64,000 nt of DNA from Amoebidium appalachense (lineage: Eukaryota; Protista; Ichthyosporea). The DNA is taken from assembly GCA_963693365.1 (NCBI GenBank), contig CAVNZM010000014.1:4898001-4962000 (forward strand). The letters are read 5' to 3'. Positions 1-21,801 of the stretch are shown piece by piece. Under the pieces are notes generated by a model, which was not told the origin of the DNA, ran no database searches, and saw only the letters and a list, made by a program, of their open reading frames with translations. The position numbers and the translations under genes are program-made. Position 1 is the stretch's first letter. Every line of letters starts with the position of its first letter.

Positions 1-382
1 GGGTTCCGATGAATACATGTCCTAAACATTCGTAAATCAACAGCTTGAATCAATTTCGATTTCGTCACTACTGGCAACTTTGGGAGGGGCTCAGGAATGC
101 TCCATCATGCATTTTTGCAACAATAAATCCAACACAGCTACAACAAGAAAGCGCCATCCTACCGCTGAGTTGGTAAGCCAAACAGGGACAGGTAGACACA
201 GACACTTAACCCGTAAGCTCAACCGAAATGTCCGTAGACGTGGGTTATAACTTTCGGGTGCAGCTAAGTTCGAACGCAAGGAGGTTTTGTGTATTCAAAA
301 CACACAGTGACTTCCCTGGAGAACGCAAGAAAATATGATTTTGCAGCAACCGAAGCACCTTCCCTATAGCGCAAGTGCTCCT

Positions 383-931
383 TTAACTAACCGACTTCAG
401 CGTACCTTGTGCAGAAAGTGTAGAAATCGTGTCTGCATCGTTTTCTTCATCTGACCCAGAATTCACACCTGTTCCTTCGCCCAACGTGCTATCCGACGAA
501 TCTGGGTTAAGGGGTGAAACACCGTGTCTCCCGATGCGTGGCTCTGGTGCCGAAAGCCGTCTGTCTGTTTGTGGGCTGCTTGAAGTGCCCGACTTAATCA
601 CGGGGAAGCTGTGCCGCTTAGGCTCACTAGTCAAGAACTCTGGGTCGTAGCAGTTGGAATCCCCATACATGTTCCCGTCAGGGAAAAGCTCTCTATTTAG
701 CTCCTCGAGTTGTTTTATCGCCTTTTTGGACAAATCACGCTTGCCCCAAGCCTTCCTGTTGCCATCTTTCTTACACAACGTTGTTCCCACTGTCATCTGG
801 TTGGAAAACGATACTCTTCGTTCTTGTCCCTGAGGGAGAGCTTCGATGGCTACAGCTACAGTTGGTCTTCGAAGGCAGGGGGGAAGAGGCGACTTTTGTG
901 GCACCAGTGGTGCAGTGGTGGTGGTGGTCAT
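383..931 (-). CDS. 182-aa Ser-rich protein with putative PP1-docking RVxF module (Phactr/neurabin/Bni4-like motif)
   Basis: Single ATG-initiated ORF in non-repetitive sequence. RRVSFSNQMTVGTT...NRKAW...AIKQLEELN resembles the RVxF-hydrophobic-Arg...ELN pattern of PP1 regulators. Recognised by motif only. Confidence 0.5.
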   Translation of the reverse strand: MTTTTTAPLVPQKSPLPPCLRRPTVAVAIEALPQGQERRVSFSNQMTVGTTLCKKDGNRKAWGKRDLSKKAIKQLEELNRELFPDGNMYGDSNCYDPEFLTSEPKRHSFPVIKSGTSSSPQTDRRLSAPEPRIGRHGVSPLNPDSSDSTLGEGTGVNSGSDEENDADTISTLSAQGTLKSVS

Positions 932-2500
932 TGTGGCTGCCAGCTTGCCGTTCTTGGCCTAAGGCCCAACATTAAGGTTACAATGTTTTTTTTATATCTA
1001 AGTAATATGGGTGAGGCAAGCAAGAATAGACGAAAACAGCGAAGAATAAGTGGGGCCTGAGTTGACGCCCGACTGAGGTTGGGAAATGAAGGCTGGAACT
1101 CAAAACCTACGCTAACACAGACCTTAGCTGCCGAAAGAAAATCAATATTCTTTCAAAGCTTCCAGAGGCTGTTTTCGAGAGTGAAAACGACGGATAAAAG
1201 GTTCACTTCTACGTTGTTGTTACGGTCAGTCTGTTCTTGTACAAAACGGCCCCAAGACACCACCACCACAAAAAAAAGGCAACGCAAAGCTATTATCACC
1301 CATATGTGGGGTTTCTTCAATAAATATATGATTCCACGATCCTATAACCATAGCTCTTTTCGGTCCTTTCTTCTGTTTCTTTCAGCAGGGGAAAGGGAAC
1401 AGGAGAGAGAGAGCAAATGAAAGCTTCGGCAAGGCAAAGCCGCGATCCTCTGTTTCACAGCCGAGTGACTGTGTAATCTCAGCCAATAATATCGCCCCAG
1501 TAGATGCATAGTTAGATTATTCCGTGATCTATTTTCTATTTACATTATTAAGGAGTTAAAACATGTTTAACAAAACAACAAGATATAATGATTGGTGTGA
1601 GTGACCTTTTTAAAAAATTAGAAGGAAGAATCGGTTTTTCCGTTTGATAATTGCCTTTTAGCGCTAGCTTGGATTGTCCAATCAGCGAAAAGAAGGCTTT
1701 GAGAGACGCAAATTGCTGTCTGTGCTTTTAGCAGCTGGCCCAACTGGGTGTGTGCTCTGTAGACAAAGACCAAAACGTAGAAGTAAGTTACATTGCGGTG
1801 ATGAAGGAAGACAAGAATTGTGTGAAAACCCATTTACCAGAACTGAATGTTATACTGACTAAGAGCATCTAATGGTTAACCATTATATGCTTGATATATC
1901 TTCCTTCGAAGCTGATACAGCAATGTTTCCCGCTTGCAAATTTTCGCCCCCACTCCAGCCTTGTAGATCCGGATCTAACCCCGGCACAACGCTGTTTCCG
2001 AAAGCCGCTTTTGGTGTGGTGGCAATCCTAAAAGACAAAGAAAAATATCATGTAACGGCCAAGTAAAGTAGTAGATTTTCTACTTGCTGCTGTTGTTCTT
2101 TAGATTATTTGTGCAGAGTATATGTACGCCATCGCGTATTCAGACGGCTAGTGAAACGGAGGCAATTTTTCGCAGCCGTGATGCGTTCTCAACCAATCAC
2201 AGGCATGAGTGACAAGACCTGTGAAGAACAAATCGTTGGAGAGTGGGAAGAGAAGAGAGAGAAGAAGAGAGTTTGGTTGAGTATGAACTGAGAGCACGGA
2301 ATAAGGATAAGGATAGAACTGAAGACAACATGCCTGTCGGTTCGTCTTTATAGTTGTGCTTGTGACCAGGAGGATCGTGACTGAGCGGATCGTGTACGTG
2401 TACAGGTATTGACATGCATACCTGCCAGCTGGATGAATATCAGTCTATCTCCGACTATCTCTCTACAGGTATATCTGCATCACCGACCAGTAATGATAGA

Positions 2501-2697
2501 GGGGTTTACGCTGTTTACTCGAGGCAAAGAGAACCAGTCTCAGGTATGGGGGGGGGGGGGGTTTGCTCGGAATATCCCCTCAGCGGTATATCATGATCAC
2601 GTACATAGATGTCGGGTGGTGACTATATATCAGGGTTTACTTTCTCTACGAGACACCATAAAGACTACAAGGAGAAATCAATTAGTTGGGGTTCCCC

Positions 2698-2745
<48 letters not shown>

Positions 2746-2777
2746 GGGCTCCCCTCGGGACACTCGGTATCAGCTGG

Positions 2778-2818
<41 letters not shown>

Positions 2819-4856
2819 TGTGTGTGTGTGCGCGTGCGCTATAATTTTGTAGTGATGTGTTTCTCAAGCCAATCAATACATCTAATAAACAGGTCGTAGT
2901 TACGCGTGTTTAGTATAAAATCAAGGATGTTGTAGTTTACAGGTAGGCTATCTTTCTGGGTGTCTGTTGTGAATGTGACGTGTGTGTGTTGCGGTATTAT
3001 GTGGTCTATCAAACTACATTTGGCGATACATGACCGGTTAAACTGGTGTGTGTGTGTGTTGTTTGGGCATGCAAATGATGCCACCTTATACTTATTAGAT
3101 CTCCACTGTATAGCACGTGTACAGTAAAAGCGTGGTAATTGATCAATAATACCATCAGCTAGAGAAAGACCAGTTCTACAGGAAGGTAATATGTATTTAG
3201 GTGTTATACACTTGCGAGTGCCATATTTGGCAATATGGTTGAGGCGGTCAGTATATATAAAACGAGACATAAGGCTTAGTTTTTCAAGGTGTATGCTTTC
3301 ATCGGGTCTAGTGTCGTGTGGTATCTTTTTCCATTTGTTATATTGCGTGATTATCTTGTGATTGTGTACATGTTTAATAAGTAAGTGGCAGTCCAAAGTC
3401 ACACACACACTATTGCGGGGTTTATTTGTATTTGTGCCCAGGGGAGAAGGGGAGAGAGAGGGGAGGAAAGAGGGGAGAGGTGAGGAGGGGACAGGTCGGA
3501 TAGAGAAGAGAGGGTGGGAGGGCAAATACTTCTTTAAGCGGCTTATGTGCTTATTGAATTTCAGCGCGAGATAGGATACTCTAGCAGCTATTGGGACCAG
3601 ACCATATATCGAGAGCGTTACAGGCCCAGGTTTACAACAGTTGTTAGATAGAAAGGAGGCAACTTCTGCTTCAAGGAAATTTGCCAAGGGTTTAAGCGCT
3701 CTAGTTCTCTCTTTCTTGATCCAAGCGGCGAGAAGGGGTAAACCATATTCACATGCCGGGAAGACAAAAGTGCGAATAAATGTAAGTCTAATAGAAGGAT
3801 GGAGGGGTGTGTCTTTAAAAATATTAGCCGAGAAGAAAGCTAACCGCTTACGAGCCAACTCTACCCTCTTTTCGACCATATGGGGAAACATAACACCAAC
3901 AGAATCAACCGGAACACCAAGATATTTGTATTCTGGAACTATAGGTACAGGTTTAGATGATAATGTAAATGTGTGTAAATTGTTAGCTATATCAGGTACA
4001 AGAACACCACATTTGTCTATGTTAAGGATCATAAGGTTTGCCTTGCACCACTCTGACACTACATCGAACAATCTTTGCAGGCGTCTAGGGGTACGGGCAA
4101 GGAGGGACAGATCATCAGCATAGAGAAGTGCAGGCGGAAAGTTATTAATAGGGTCATCGTTTTCGGCGTAAATCTTGACAGCCAAATCATCTATAAATAG
4201 GTTAAACAAAAAGGGGCTAAGCAATGAACCCTGCAAGAGACCTCTAGTACGAGCAAAACCATATGAAAGATGCCCATTAACCACAGCTCTACCATAGGTT
4301 TGAGACAAGAGTGCTTCTAACAGAACACCAATGCAGTGTGGTACACCCCGTGCAGCAAGCTTTTCCCATAGGAGACCAGGGGAGACAGAATCGTAAGCAG
4401 TTTTCCAATCAATAAAGCCAACATATTGTGCACCAACTTGCATAGAATCGTGCAGTGCCATTATTTGAACATAACATGAATTGTTTTTACGAAAAGCGGA
4501 TTGGCATGGGTGTATGTGAAGAATAGATTGAAACCTAGGGTGATGTGCAAATAACCTAAGTAAGCAAGCTTCAAAGAATCTACGAACAACCTGGGTTAGT
4601 GTAATGGGGCGAAAGGATGATATGGGGCCCTCAGAGTCCTTCTTAACTATGGGGATCACTAAGGTATCTAACCAAGATGACGGGACATGTCCACATTTAA
4701 CACACCAAGAAAAGAGAGAGCTTAACATGATAGTAAGATCAGGTTTAATAGCACGATCACTTTCCTTTTGTGGGTAGGAGGGAACAAGGATTTTAAGAAA
4801 CCCAGCAGGGAGTCCATCAGGTCCACAAGACTTACTAGAGCTATAACTAGATATCA
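2501..4856 (-). mobile_element. 5'-truncated copy of APE-RT non-LTR retrotransposon (LINE)
   Basis: Near-identical reverse complement of 50711-53074. TSD ATGATAGAGG at 2493-2502 and 4856-4865, including 1-2 nt of junction microhomology. Confidence 0.95.
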
Positions 4857-4923
4857 TGATAGAGGAGTTGGGCCTCTGTGGCCTCTGACCCGGAAATGAC
4901 CCGGACCTGAGAATAAGACCCAT
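2839..4923 (-). CDS. Truncated LINE ORF2 (RT + C-terminal domain, no endonuclease); first ~23 codons come from the flanking LTR relic
   Basis: RT motifs FRPITL, QSAF, DWKTAYDSV, GLLQGSLLSPFLF, YADD, YKYLG. Protein matches the C-terminal part of 49534-52728. Confidence 0.9.
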   Translation of the reverse strand: MGLILRSGSFPGQRPQRPNSSIMISSYSSSKSCGPDGLPAGFLKILVPSYPQKESDRAIKPDLTIMLSSLFSWCVKCGHVPSSWLDTLVIPIVKKDSEGPISSFRPITLTQVVRRFFEACLLRLFAHHPRFQSILHIHPCQSAFRKNNSCYVQIMALHDSMQVGAQYVGFIDWKTAYDSVSPGLLWEKLAARGVPHCIGVLLEALLSQTYGRAVVNGHLSYGFARTRGLLQGSLLSPFLFNLFIDDLAVKIYAENDDPINNFPPALLYADDLSLLARTPRRLQRLFDVVSEWCKANLMILNIDKCGVLVPDIANNLHTFTLSSKPVPIVPEYKYLGVPVDSVGVMFPHMVEKRVELARKRLAFFSANIFKDTPLHPSIRLTFIRTFVFPACEYGLPLLAAWIKKERTRALKPLANFLEAEVASFLSNNCCKPGPVTLSIYGLVPIAARVSYLALKFNKHISRLKKYLPSHPLFSIRPVPSSPLPSFLPSLSPSPLGTNTNKPRNSVCVTLDCHLLIKHVHNHKIITQYNKWKKIPHDTRPDESIHLEKLSLMSRFIYTDRLNHIAKYGTRKCITPKYILPSCRTGLSLADGIIDQLPRFYCTRAIQWRSNKYKVASFACPNNTHTHQFNRSCIAKCSLIDHIIPQHTHVTFTTDTQKDSLPVNYNILDFILNTRNYDLFIRCIDWLEKHITTKL

Positions 4924-6235
4924 TCACAGATTCAGAGTTGATTGTGGGACGTTATGACATCCCCCCGGTCTGGAAGACGGCGTCCCGACGTCTTTGACGC
5001 CTCTGCGCTCGCTCCCAGGCCAGGTCAACCCAGAGGTACGCATGGATCGACCTTCTCTGCTACCAAGTAATGATAGAGGAGTTGGGCCTCTGTGGCCTCT
5101 GACCTGGAAATGACCCGAACCTGAGAATAAGACCCATTCACAAATTCAGAGTTGATTGTCACGCCGGGACCAATGCCCGCGACTTGCCCACGGGCCACGG
5201 TGCCACACGTGCACGTGCGTAATGCATATCACACACACATGCACGCAAATATCTCACATTAGAACGAACAATAATATTCTTTCTAAAATAGCACACAGCC
5301 AACAGGTGGCTTGATTGATCCCACCACATGCGTGCACAAAAACTGTGATCATCATGACCCATGGGCCTTGTACGAAAAGCTTTGTGGCACCACGCATGTT
5401 ACACCATGCACAACGTGAACATGTGCAACACTGTGAATGCACCTCTAAAAGTGCATAATATATATAGACTGGAACAACCATGTGTATTAATCCCCCCCTC
5501 TCCCCCCCCCCCCCCCAAGTCATCCAAGCACGCCCGGCAGCCTGAGCCAAGCACTCCGCCTGAGCACGTGTGCGTGCAACAGCTGCAGCGCATACATACA
5601 TACACACGTGTACACGTCCACCATGCATGCACACGCCTACTAACACTTATGTAATACATGTGGCACGTACACATGGCACCACTTCACACATGCAAACATC
5701 ACTGATACACATATGGCTATTCATTTTCAAATGAAAACTCACTTTTGCACTCACATATTGATTCATTGCTTGACTGCCTGAGCAAAGGTGCCATCCATTG
5801 CGCCCGGCCCAGTACAACCGATGTACGAATGAGACATTGATATTCCTACTTTTTTGTCTGTTATCATTTGAAAAAATTATTGTGGCGCGCGAAAACTTCC
5901 CGCCCTTATTGATTTCCATATTTGGCTAAAATGGTTCGAACACACATAATCTGCACATACATTCGCCACCTTTGAATTTATTCGACATTTTGTGTGCTCT
6001 CCCCAGCCTCACTCTGCAAACATCTATGCAAGTTTAAAATTGTATTTTTTTCCCGTCAGCCTCTTAACATGTTGCAAGCAAGGGAGTGCCGCAGTGTGCT
6101 GTTACCCGTAACGTCAGTTTGAGACACAAAGACAACATTGCCATCCCTAGGCCCACTGCTTAACATTCATATGATATCTTGATATACTTAAGCCTAAACA
6201 TCTGATTGGATTGAGTACCTGGGGGTTACCGAATG

Positions 6236-6269
<34 letters not shown>

Positions 6270-6656
6270 GTGGTGGTGGGTTGGGGTGGATTGGGTTGGG
6301 TCGGGTTGGGTTGGGTTGAGGGGGGGGGGGGGGGGGGGGGGGGGGGGTAGGGGGGGGGGGGATTCCGGTGGTGGTGGTGGTGGGGGGGGGGGGGGGGGGG
6401 AGGGGGGGAGGGGGGGGGGGGGGGGGGGGGGAGGGAGGAGGACTTCGACACCATTTCTCATGAACAATGATGTGGGACACATCTAGTACTTGATACCTTC
6501 GAATTCCCGGGAACAAAACAGGATAAAATAAAAAAACGGCAATATCCCTACTTTTTTTTTATTGTTTTATAAAAAAAAAGAAAATTGCCGCGCAAAAACT
6601 TCCTGCCCAAATTTCTATTTTTGGCTAATCGTGCGATTGCATGTTATTATTATTAT

Positions 6657-6711
<55 letters not shown>

Positions 6712-7156
6712 CTTGTGTCAGTGTGGTTTCAATGTAAAGAGTTTATTGCCGTTGCTAACCATCTTGGTAGGAGAGGATTCCAGTCCTGTCCGCATCAAGC
6801 TGAAGCATCGCCACCCAACGTCATAATATGGTGACATGCTTTGTGTGAGAAATTTTAGGGGGGGGAAAGAGCACATTGGTGAAGAAGTGTGTGTTGAGTA
6901 TCAACGACAAACACCCCATACAATTGTCCCTACGATCTCGTGTGAGTCCGAATCAGTGCCTGTCTGTGCAAGCTCCACAAAGCCTACTAGTTCTTCTACA
7001 AAATTGTATGTACAGTAACTGTTATCTACATCTCCTGTCGTCTATTTACATTATCTATGTACACATATCCGAGATGTCTTTTCCTCTTTCATGACACCGG
7101 TACCCTTCTATAAAAAACATACCACAAAATTGTACTGGCCCAAACACACCTGCATA

Positions 7157-7215
<59 letters not shown>

Positions 7216-7274
7216 ATAAATAAAAAATAATAAAAATAAAAAACACACACACCGAAGAAAAACGATCGTCCACC

Positions 7275-17303
<10,029 letters not shown>

Positions 17304-18899
17304 TACGACAAATTTCTGTTGGAAATTTGATAGAGGAAGTTTTTTAATTAGATTCGGTCATTTTAAAACTACCAAATTTGGAAAAAGTGTCTGTGCTTCA
17401 CATGGTCTTGGATCATTTATTGTTGAGAGGTGTGAGAAGTGACTATCGTGTGTGGCACGGCCCAGGTATTTTTGTTTGTGTGTGTGGTTAGGAGGTTAGG
17501 GTTATTCTCAGAAATCTTTCGGAAGACTCTATTTAGCGTGCAACACCGCAAATTTTTCACACTCTTCAGGATGCTTTGGGTAGCTAATGATTTGAAAATA
17601 TTTAATGAACACTAAGTGCATGCAATGAGGTAATGTGAAATATTATCTGCTAAGTGTTCTGCATATTATTCTACATCTACGTTTGGGTGAGTAGGTGTGG
17701 GCACGGATTGCAGGCACGTTGTCTGGCATGTATGCGTGTGTCAGTACCAGTAAGTGTGCTAAACGTGTTTGCATGTATGTATGCATTTATGCGTACGTGT
17801 TAGTGTGGATAGAACATATGTGTAGGTGTGTACGTGTTTGCACACGTGCATGTGTGTGTATATGTGTGTGTGTGCGCGCGCACACACGTGGTGCATGTTG
17901 GATGTGTGTGTGGGCTTGGAGCGTCCGTGTGTTTATGCTTAGATGACTGCGTGTGTGTAATGTGTGTTGATGGGCAAATCTTCTTGTTTTATGTGTGTGC
18001 ATACGTGTTTGGAAATCATTTGCTGCATGGAAATAACTTAAGGAAGTGTTTCAGTGTGTAGATGCCTGCCAGTTGACAACCACAACCACAGTACGGACGT
18101 AGGGCTAGGCCCACTAGGGGCTAAAAAAAAGGGTGTGTGCATATATAGAAACTTGTTCACGTGTGTCGCCGTGTGTTATTTCTTGCTAAACCACATGCAT
18201 CGCCACATGCATTTCACGTGTGCCTCTTGCGCCTACTGAAATAATCCCTGCCGGATTCACGTGAACATGTAGTGAGCTGTGTCTATAGAAAACCTCGAAC
18301 CGTGCCGATGTTTGAAGTGCATGTGCTAATGTGCCACAGTGCTGTGTATGCGTGCGAACGAACTTGTGTTGGCTTTTAATAGTAGATATATGTTTGTACA
18401 TGTAGGACGTTCGAGAACAATTTTGTCGACAGCATGGAAATGAGAAAACCTCTTTTTAGTAACGAAAATCATGTGTCTGTGTGTGTCTATAGTGGCATGT
18501 TCTATGTATACGTTACTGTGTGCAAAAAAAAAAAAGGTCGGTTGGGCTGGGCATGGTGACCAAAATATCACTACAGCACTCACCGGTGAGACGAAGGGGA
18601 CAATTCAAAGTGTATGCTGGTATAACTTGGATAAACTAGATATCTAAATCTACAAAGGTAAGGACTTGTTTTTAGTTAACAGTAAACCCAAACACGGACG
18701 AAACAACGGGAGGTACGCGTGCCGGTGTGTACGGTGTGACCAGGCGCCAGCAAACATGAAAGTTCACAGTCCCTCACAGTCAGCTCCATCAACCAGGGTT
18801 CGGAAATCAAGAAAGCAAGCGATACTAAGTAGTCATGATATTATGATCTAAATCACAATCTAAAATACTAAAAATGAGTATAACAGCAGTGTAAATGTT

Positions 18900-19220
18900 T
18901 TGATTGGTCTTTTGTTACGACCCGCATTGCCCGGATTGGATTGGCTTCTTGAAAAGCCTTGGACAATGTGATTGGCTTAAGAAAAATATCGAAACCATAG
19001 CATGTTAGCATTTTTGCAAAATTGTGGGGAAAACGCTATAAAACAGATACGATTGGCTAATTTATCATAACTTAGCATTTTGCTTTACAATAGTATTTAT
19101 TCTAGCTAGTGAACATTCCTATTGTTTAGCTGCATAGGTTTGTTTATAGTTTGCCTCCCTCCGACCAAAAGCCGGCCGATTGGATACCTAATTTTCTTTT
19201 ACTTGCAGCTCATTGGGTCA
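18900..19220. promoter_or_regulatory. Cluster of same-strand ATTGG (CCAAT-box) motifs between divergent genes
   Basis: About 7 ATTGG motifs in 320 bp (near 18903, 18935, 18940, 18970, 19052, 19179, 19212). Function not shown. Confidence 0.35.
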
Positions 19221-19276
19221 GCAAGCTGGGCTTCCAAACGTACTTTTACGTACCCTGCACAGGGGTAGCTCGAGAG

Positions 19277-19498
19277 CAAGGCCTCCTACTCTGACGGGCC
19301 TGAAAACGGAGGAGTGCAGATCGGCATGCAAAAATGGAACCGGCCGGGTTGGACTAAGATTCGATCCAAGTATTGAATTCGAAGTCTCAGTTTGAAGACC
19401 CCGGTGTACTCGACTCGCCGCGAAAGAAACCTTGTTATACAAGTTACAGAGTTAACATTATGCACACACACACACACACACACACGCACACACGCACG

Positions 19499-19539
<41 letters not shown>

Positions 19540-21141
19540 ACTGGCCGTGGAGCTAGTTTGGTTTCATACATTTGGTTTCATACATGTGCCATCCGGGGGG
19601 TTTAGAAAAGTTGGTGAACGGTTGTTGTTGTTTGGGGGGGGGGAGGGGGGGGGGGGGGGGGGGAGGGGGGAGGGGGGAGGGGCACTGGCGCACACAGGCT
19701 CACGGGTGCCACACATACAAACACAATGTCGACGCCCTCACTCTGGAAGTAAGAAAAGAGCTAGGGGAGAAACAGAACGCAGGCTGTGGTATGCACACTT
19801 ATACAACCGTTCAAGCAGAGCACCAAGTGACAGCACCGACCACACGCTCCTTTGCACGCACGCCTACAAAAACACTGCGGCACACAAGCCACACGCCCAC
19901 TGTGACTCGCAGTACATACATGCGTGCACGCGCACGCACACCGCCTGACACACACACACACGTGCGCGCGCACAAGTTCGCACACAGACACACGCACAAT
20001 GAGCACCATGGAGCAACCTAAAAGCCTTATCGTGGTGTCTTTTTTCGCACGAGTACGATTGAAGAGAAGAAGCTGCTAGTAGAGGAGAAGAGGTGAAGAG
20101 GTGCGCACATACATGCACTTACGCAACACCTACGACACGCAACCATCATCGTCGGCGCACACTAATAATAATACAGCTAGTATACCACACGGTGCAACGA
20201 TGACCTACAAGTACGCACCCTTGCCTGCCGCACACACACACACAGCAAGCAGAGGCGTACAAACACACACACACACACACTCTTGTTCGGCACAAGTACT
20301 TACAGAAGGACTTGGTGGGGGAGGGTGGAGGGAGCGAGGGAGAGGCGAATATTCTGAGTATAGAACAGAGCCGGGGAAAAGGGACAACTTGCGACCATTG
20401 ATAACCGGGAGATTGGCGATCAACACAGTGAGTTATGGAAGTTGAGGACGAAAGGGGGATATTGAGAAGGAAGAGGTACTTTTCGAGGAGGAGGTGGAGG
20501 GGAGGGGAGGGGAGGGGGGTTGGGGGGGGGGGGGGGGGGGGCAGCGGGTTTGTTTTGCTTCCAACTATTCCTCCCCTCTCCTCTCCCCCCCGCTCCCGCC
20601 CCACCTCCGCCCCTGCTGCACCTTAAAAAGGACCTTTTTTGGCGTATGTATAATCCGAAACCCACTTTGCACATGTCTGCTCAGAAGCTCGTTCGGATCT
20701 TTGTCACAAGGGCAGAGGTACTTTCCTGCGCGAGGCTCACAGCTGCAGGCGTGGTTGGATTGAGGCATCTATGTGACCCATTTTCAAAAACTATTATGTG
20801 GCTGAACAGGGTTAATGAATCAACGTTGTTACACCAATTTGTGCTAGTGTGCTAGAAACAAGGGACACCGACCAAAGTCTTGCTCACACAGCGCTAGCGA
20901 GCTCACAGAGCTAACGAGAAAACATAAACAACCGCTCAGCTACGAACTACGCGATTGGCCAATTTGCCCGCCAAAACCGGCCTGTTACTATTTTCGGAAC
21001 AGGCCTCTCATTTTTGATGCTATTTTCGGAACAGGCCGGATGCAGACGCCAATTCGGGTCAGGCCGTAGTAGGCCTGACCCGGAACCTAACATCAGATCG
21101 TGACGCATGCGTTTCCAGGCCCGTCAGAGTTGGAGGCCTTG
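19277..21141. mobile_element. Non-autonomous hAT-type DNA transposon
   Basis: 32-bp TIR CAAGGCCTCCWACTCTGACGGGCCTGRAAACG (2 mismatches). Perfect 8-bp TSD CTCGAGAG (19269-19276, 21142-21149). Subterminal repeat CTATTTTCGGAACAGGCC x2. Confidence 0.9.
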
Positions 21142-21801
21142 CTCGAGAGTCGACCCCCACAGTCCACTTCGAAAAGAAGGATAATAGAGAATTGTAGTTT
21201 GCTGATCATGTTATTACGTACCTAATTCAAACATGCACTGATTATCCAATGAATGCTTTTCTTCCGGAGCTACACTGACGCTCCCTTGGCCTCTTCTCGG
21301 TACACTGTACTGTACCAATGTCATGCATACAAAGCGTGGTATGTATGTAGAGCGGAATTTTCGAACCTTGCAGGATAGTCGTAACATGATTTTCCCGTTT
21401 TGTGTGACGTCACTTCTAGCTAAATGCTTTGCATCTATTAGTTCAACTGGAATCGTAATCGTATCGTATACTAGCGCGCCAAAAGATATCATCATTTCTT
21501 CTGTCAGTCTGTGTTTCCCGGCCTACCTGCGATAATATATTAGTCAGTTTTTCTAGCCGGCGAGAGTCTATATAGGTTCTTTTTAGTGCTTTTATTTCAT
21601 ATAATCCCTTCGTCTCTTAACCTTCACCGGATCGCCTTTCGCTTCTCCGCCCACCAATCTGTAGCTGGGGTCTTCTCGCCCTTTCTCCCTCCCTCCCCTC
21701 CCCCTCCCCCCTCCCCCCTTCCCCCCTCCCCCCTCTCCTCCCCCCTCCCCCCTCCCCGCCTCCCCCCTCCTTCCTCATCCCCCTCCCCGTCCTCCGGTAT
21801 C

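Larger units (their letters stand above)
2210..5159 (-). mobile_element. TRIM-like / internally deleted LTR retrotransposon relic, interrupted by a LINE
   Basis: A ~95-bp direct repeat lies at 5066-5159 and, split by the LINE, at 2489-2502 + 4866-4945. On the minus strand: PBS TGGTAGCAGAG (5065-5055), ~105-bp internal region, PPT GGGGGGA (4966-4960), then TGTCATAAC (4959). A possible LTR end ...GGTCTTGTCA is at 2210. No flanking TSD found, so the outer limits are uncertain. Confidence 0.65.

Noticed and set aside
2699-2741. Poly(T)/poly(A) as the LINE 3' end, with site-specific insertion into a shared target
   Set aside because: The TSDs lie ~200 nt further out and the 5' flanks of the two copies are unrelated.
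3362-4123. Antisense ORFs in the LINE (also 51444-52205)
   Set aside because: Shadows of ORF2 with no independent motifs.
5027-5065. tRNA-iMet gene
   Set aside because: Only gapped 3'-half blocks with encoded CCA next to an LTR-like repeat, which fits a primer-binding site.
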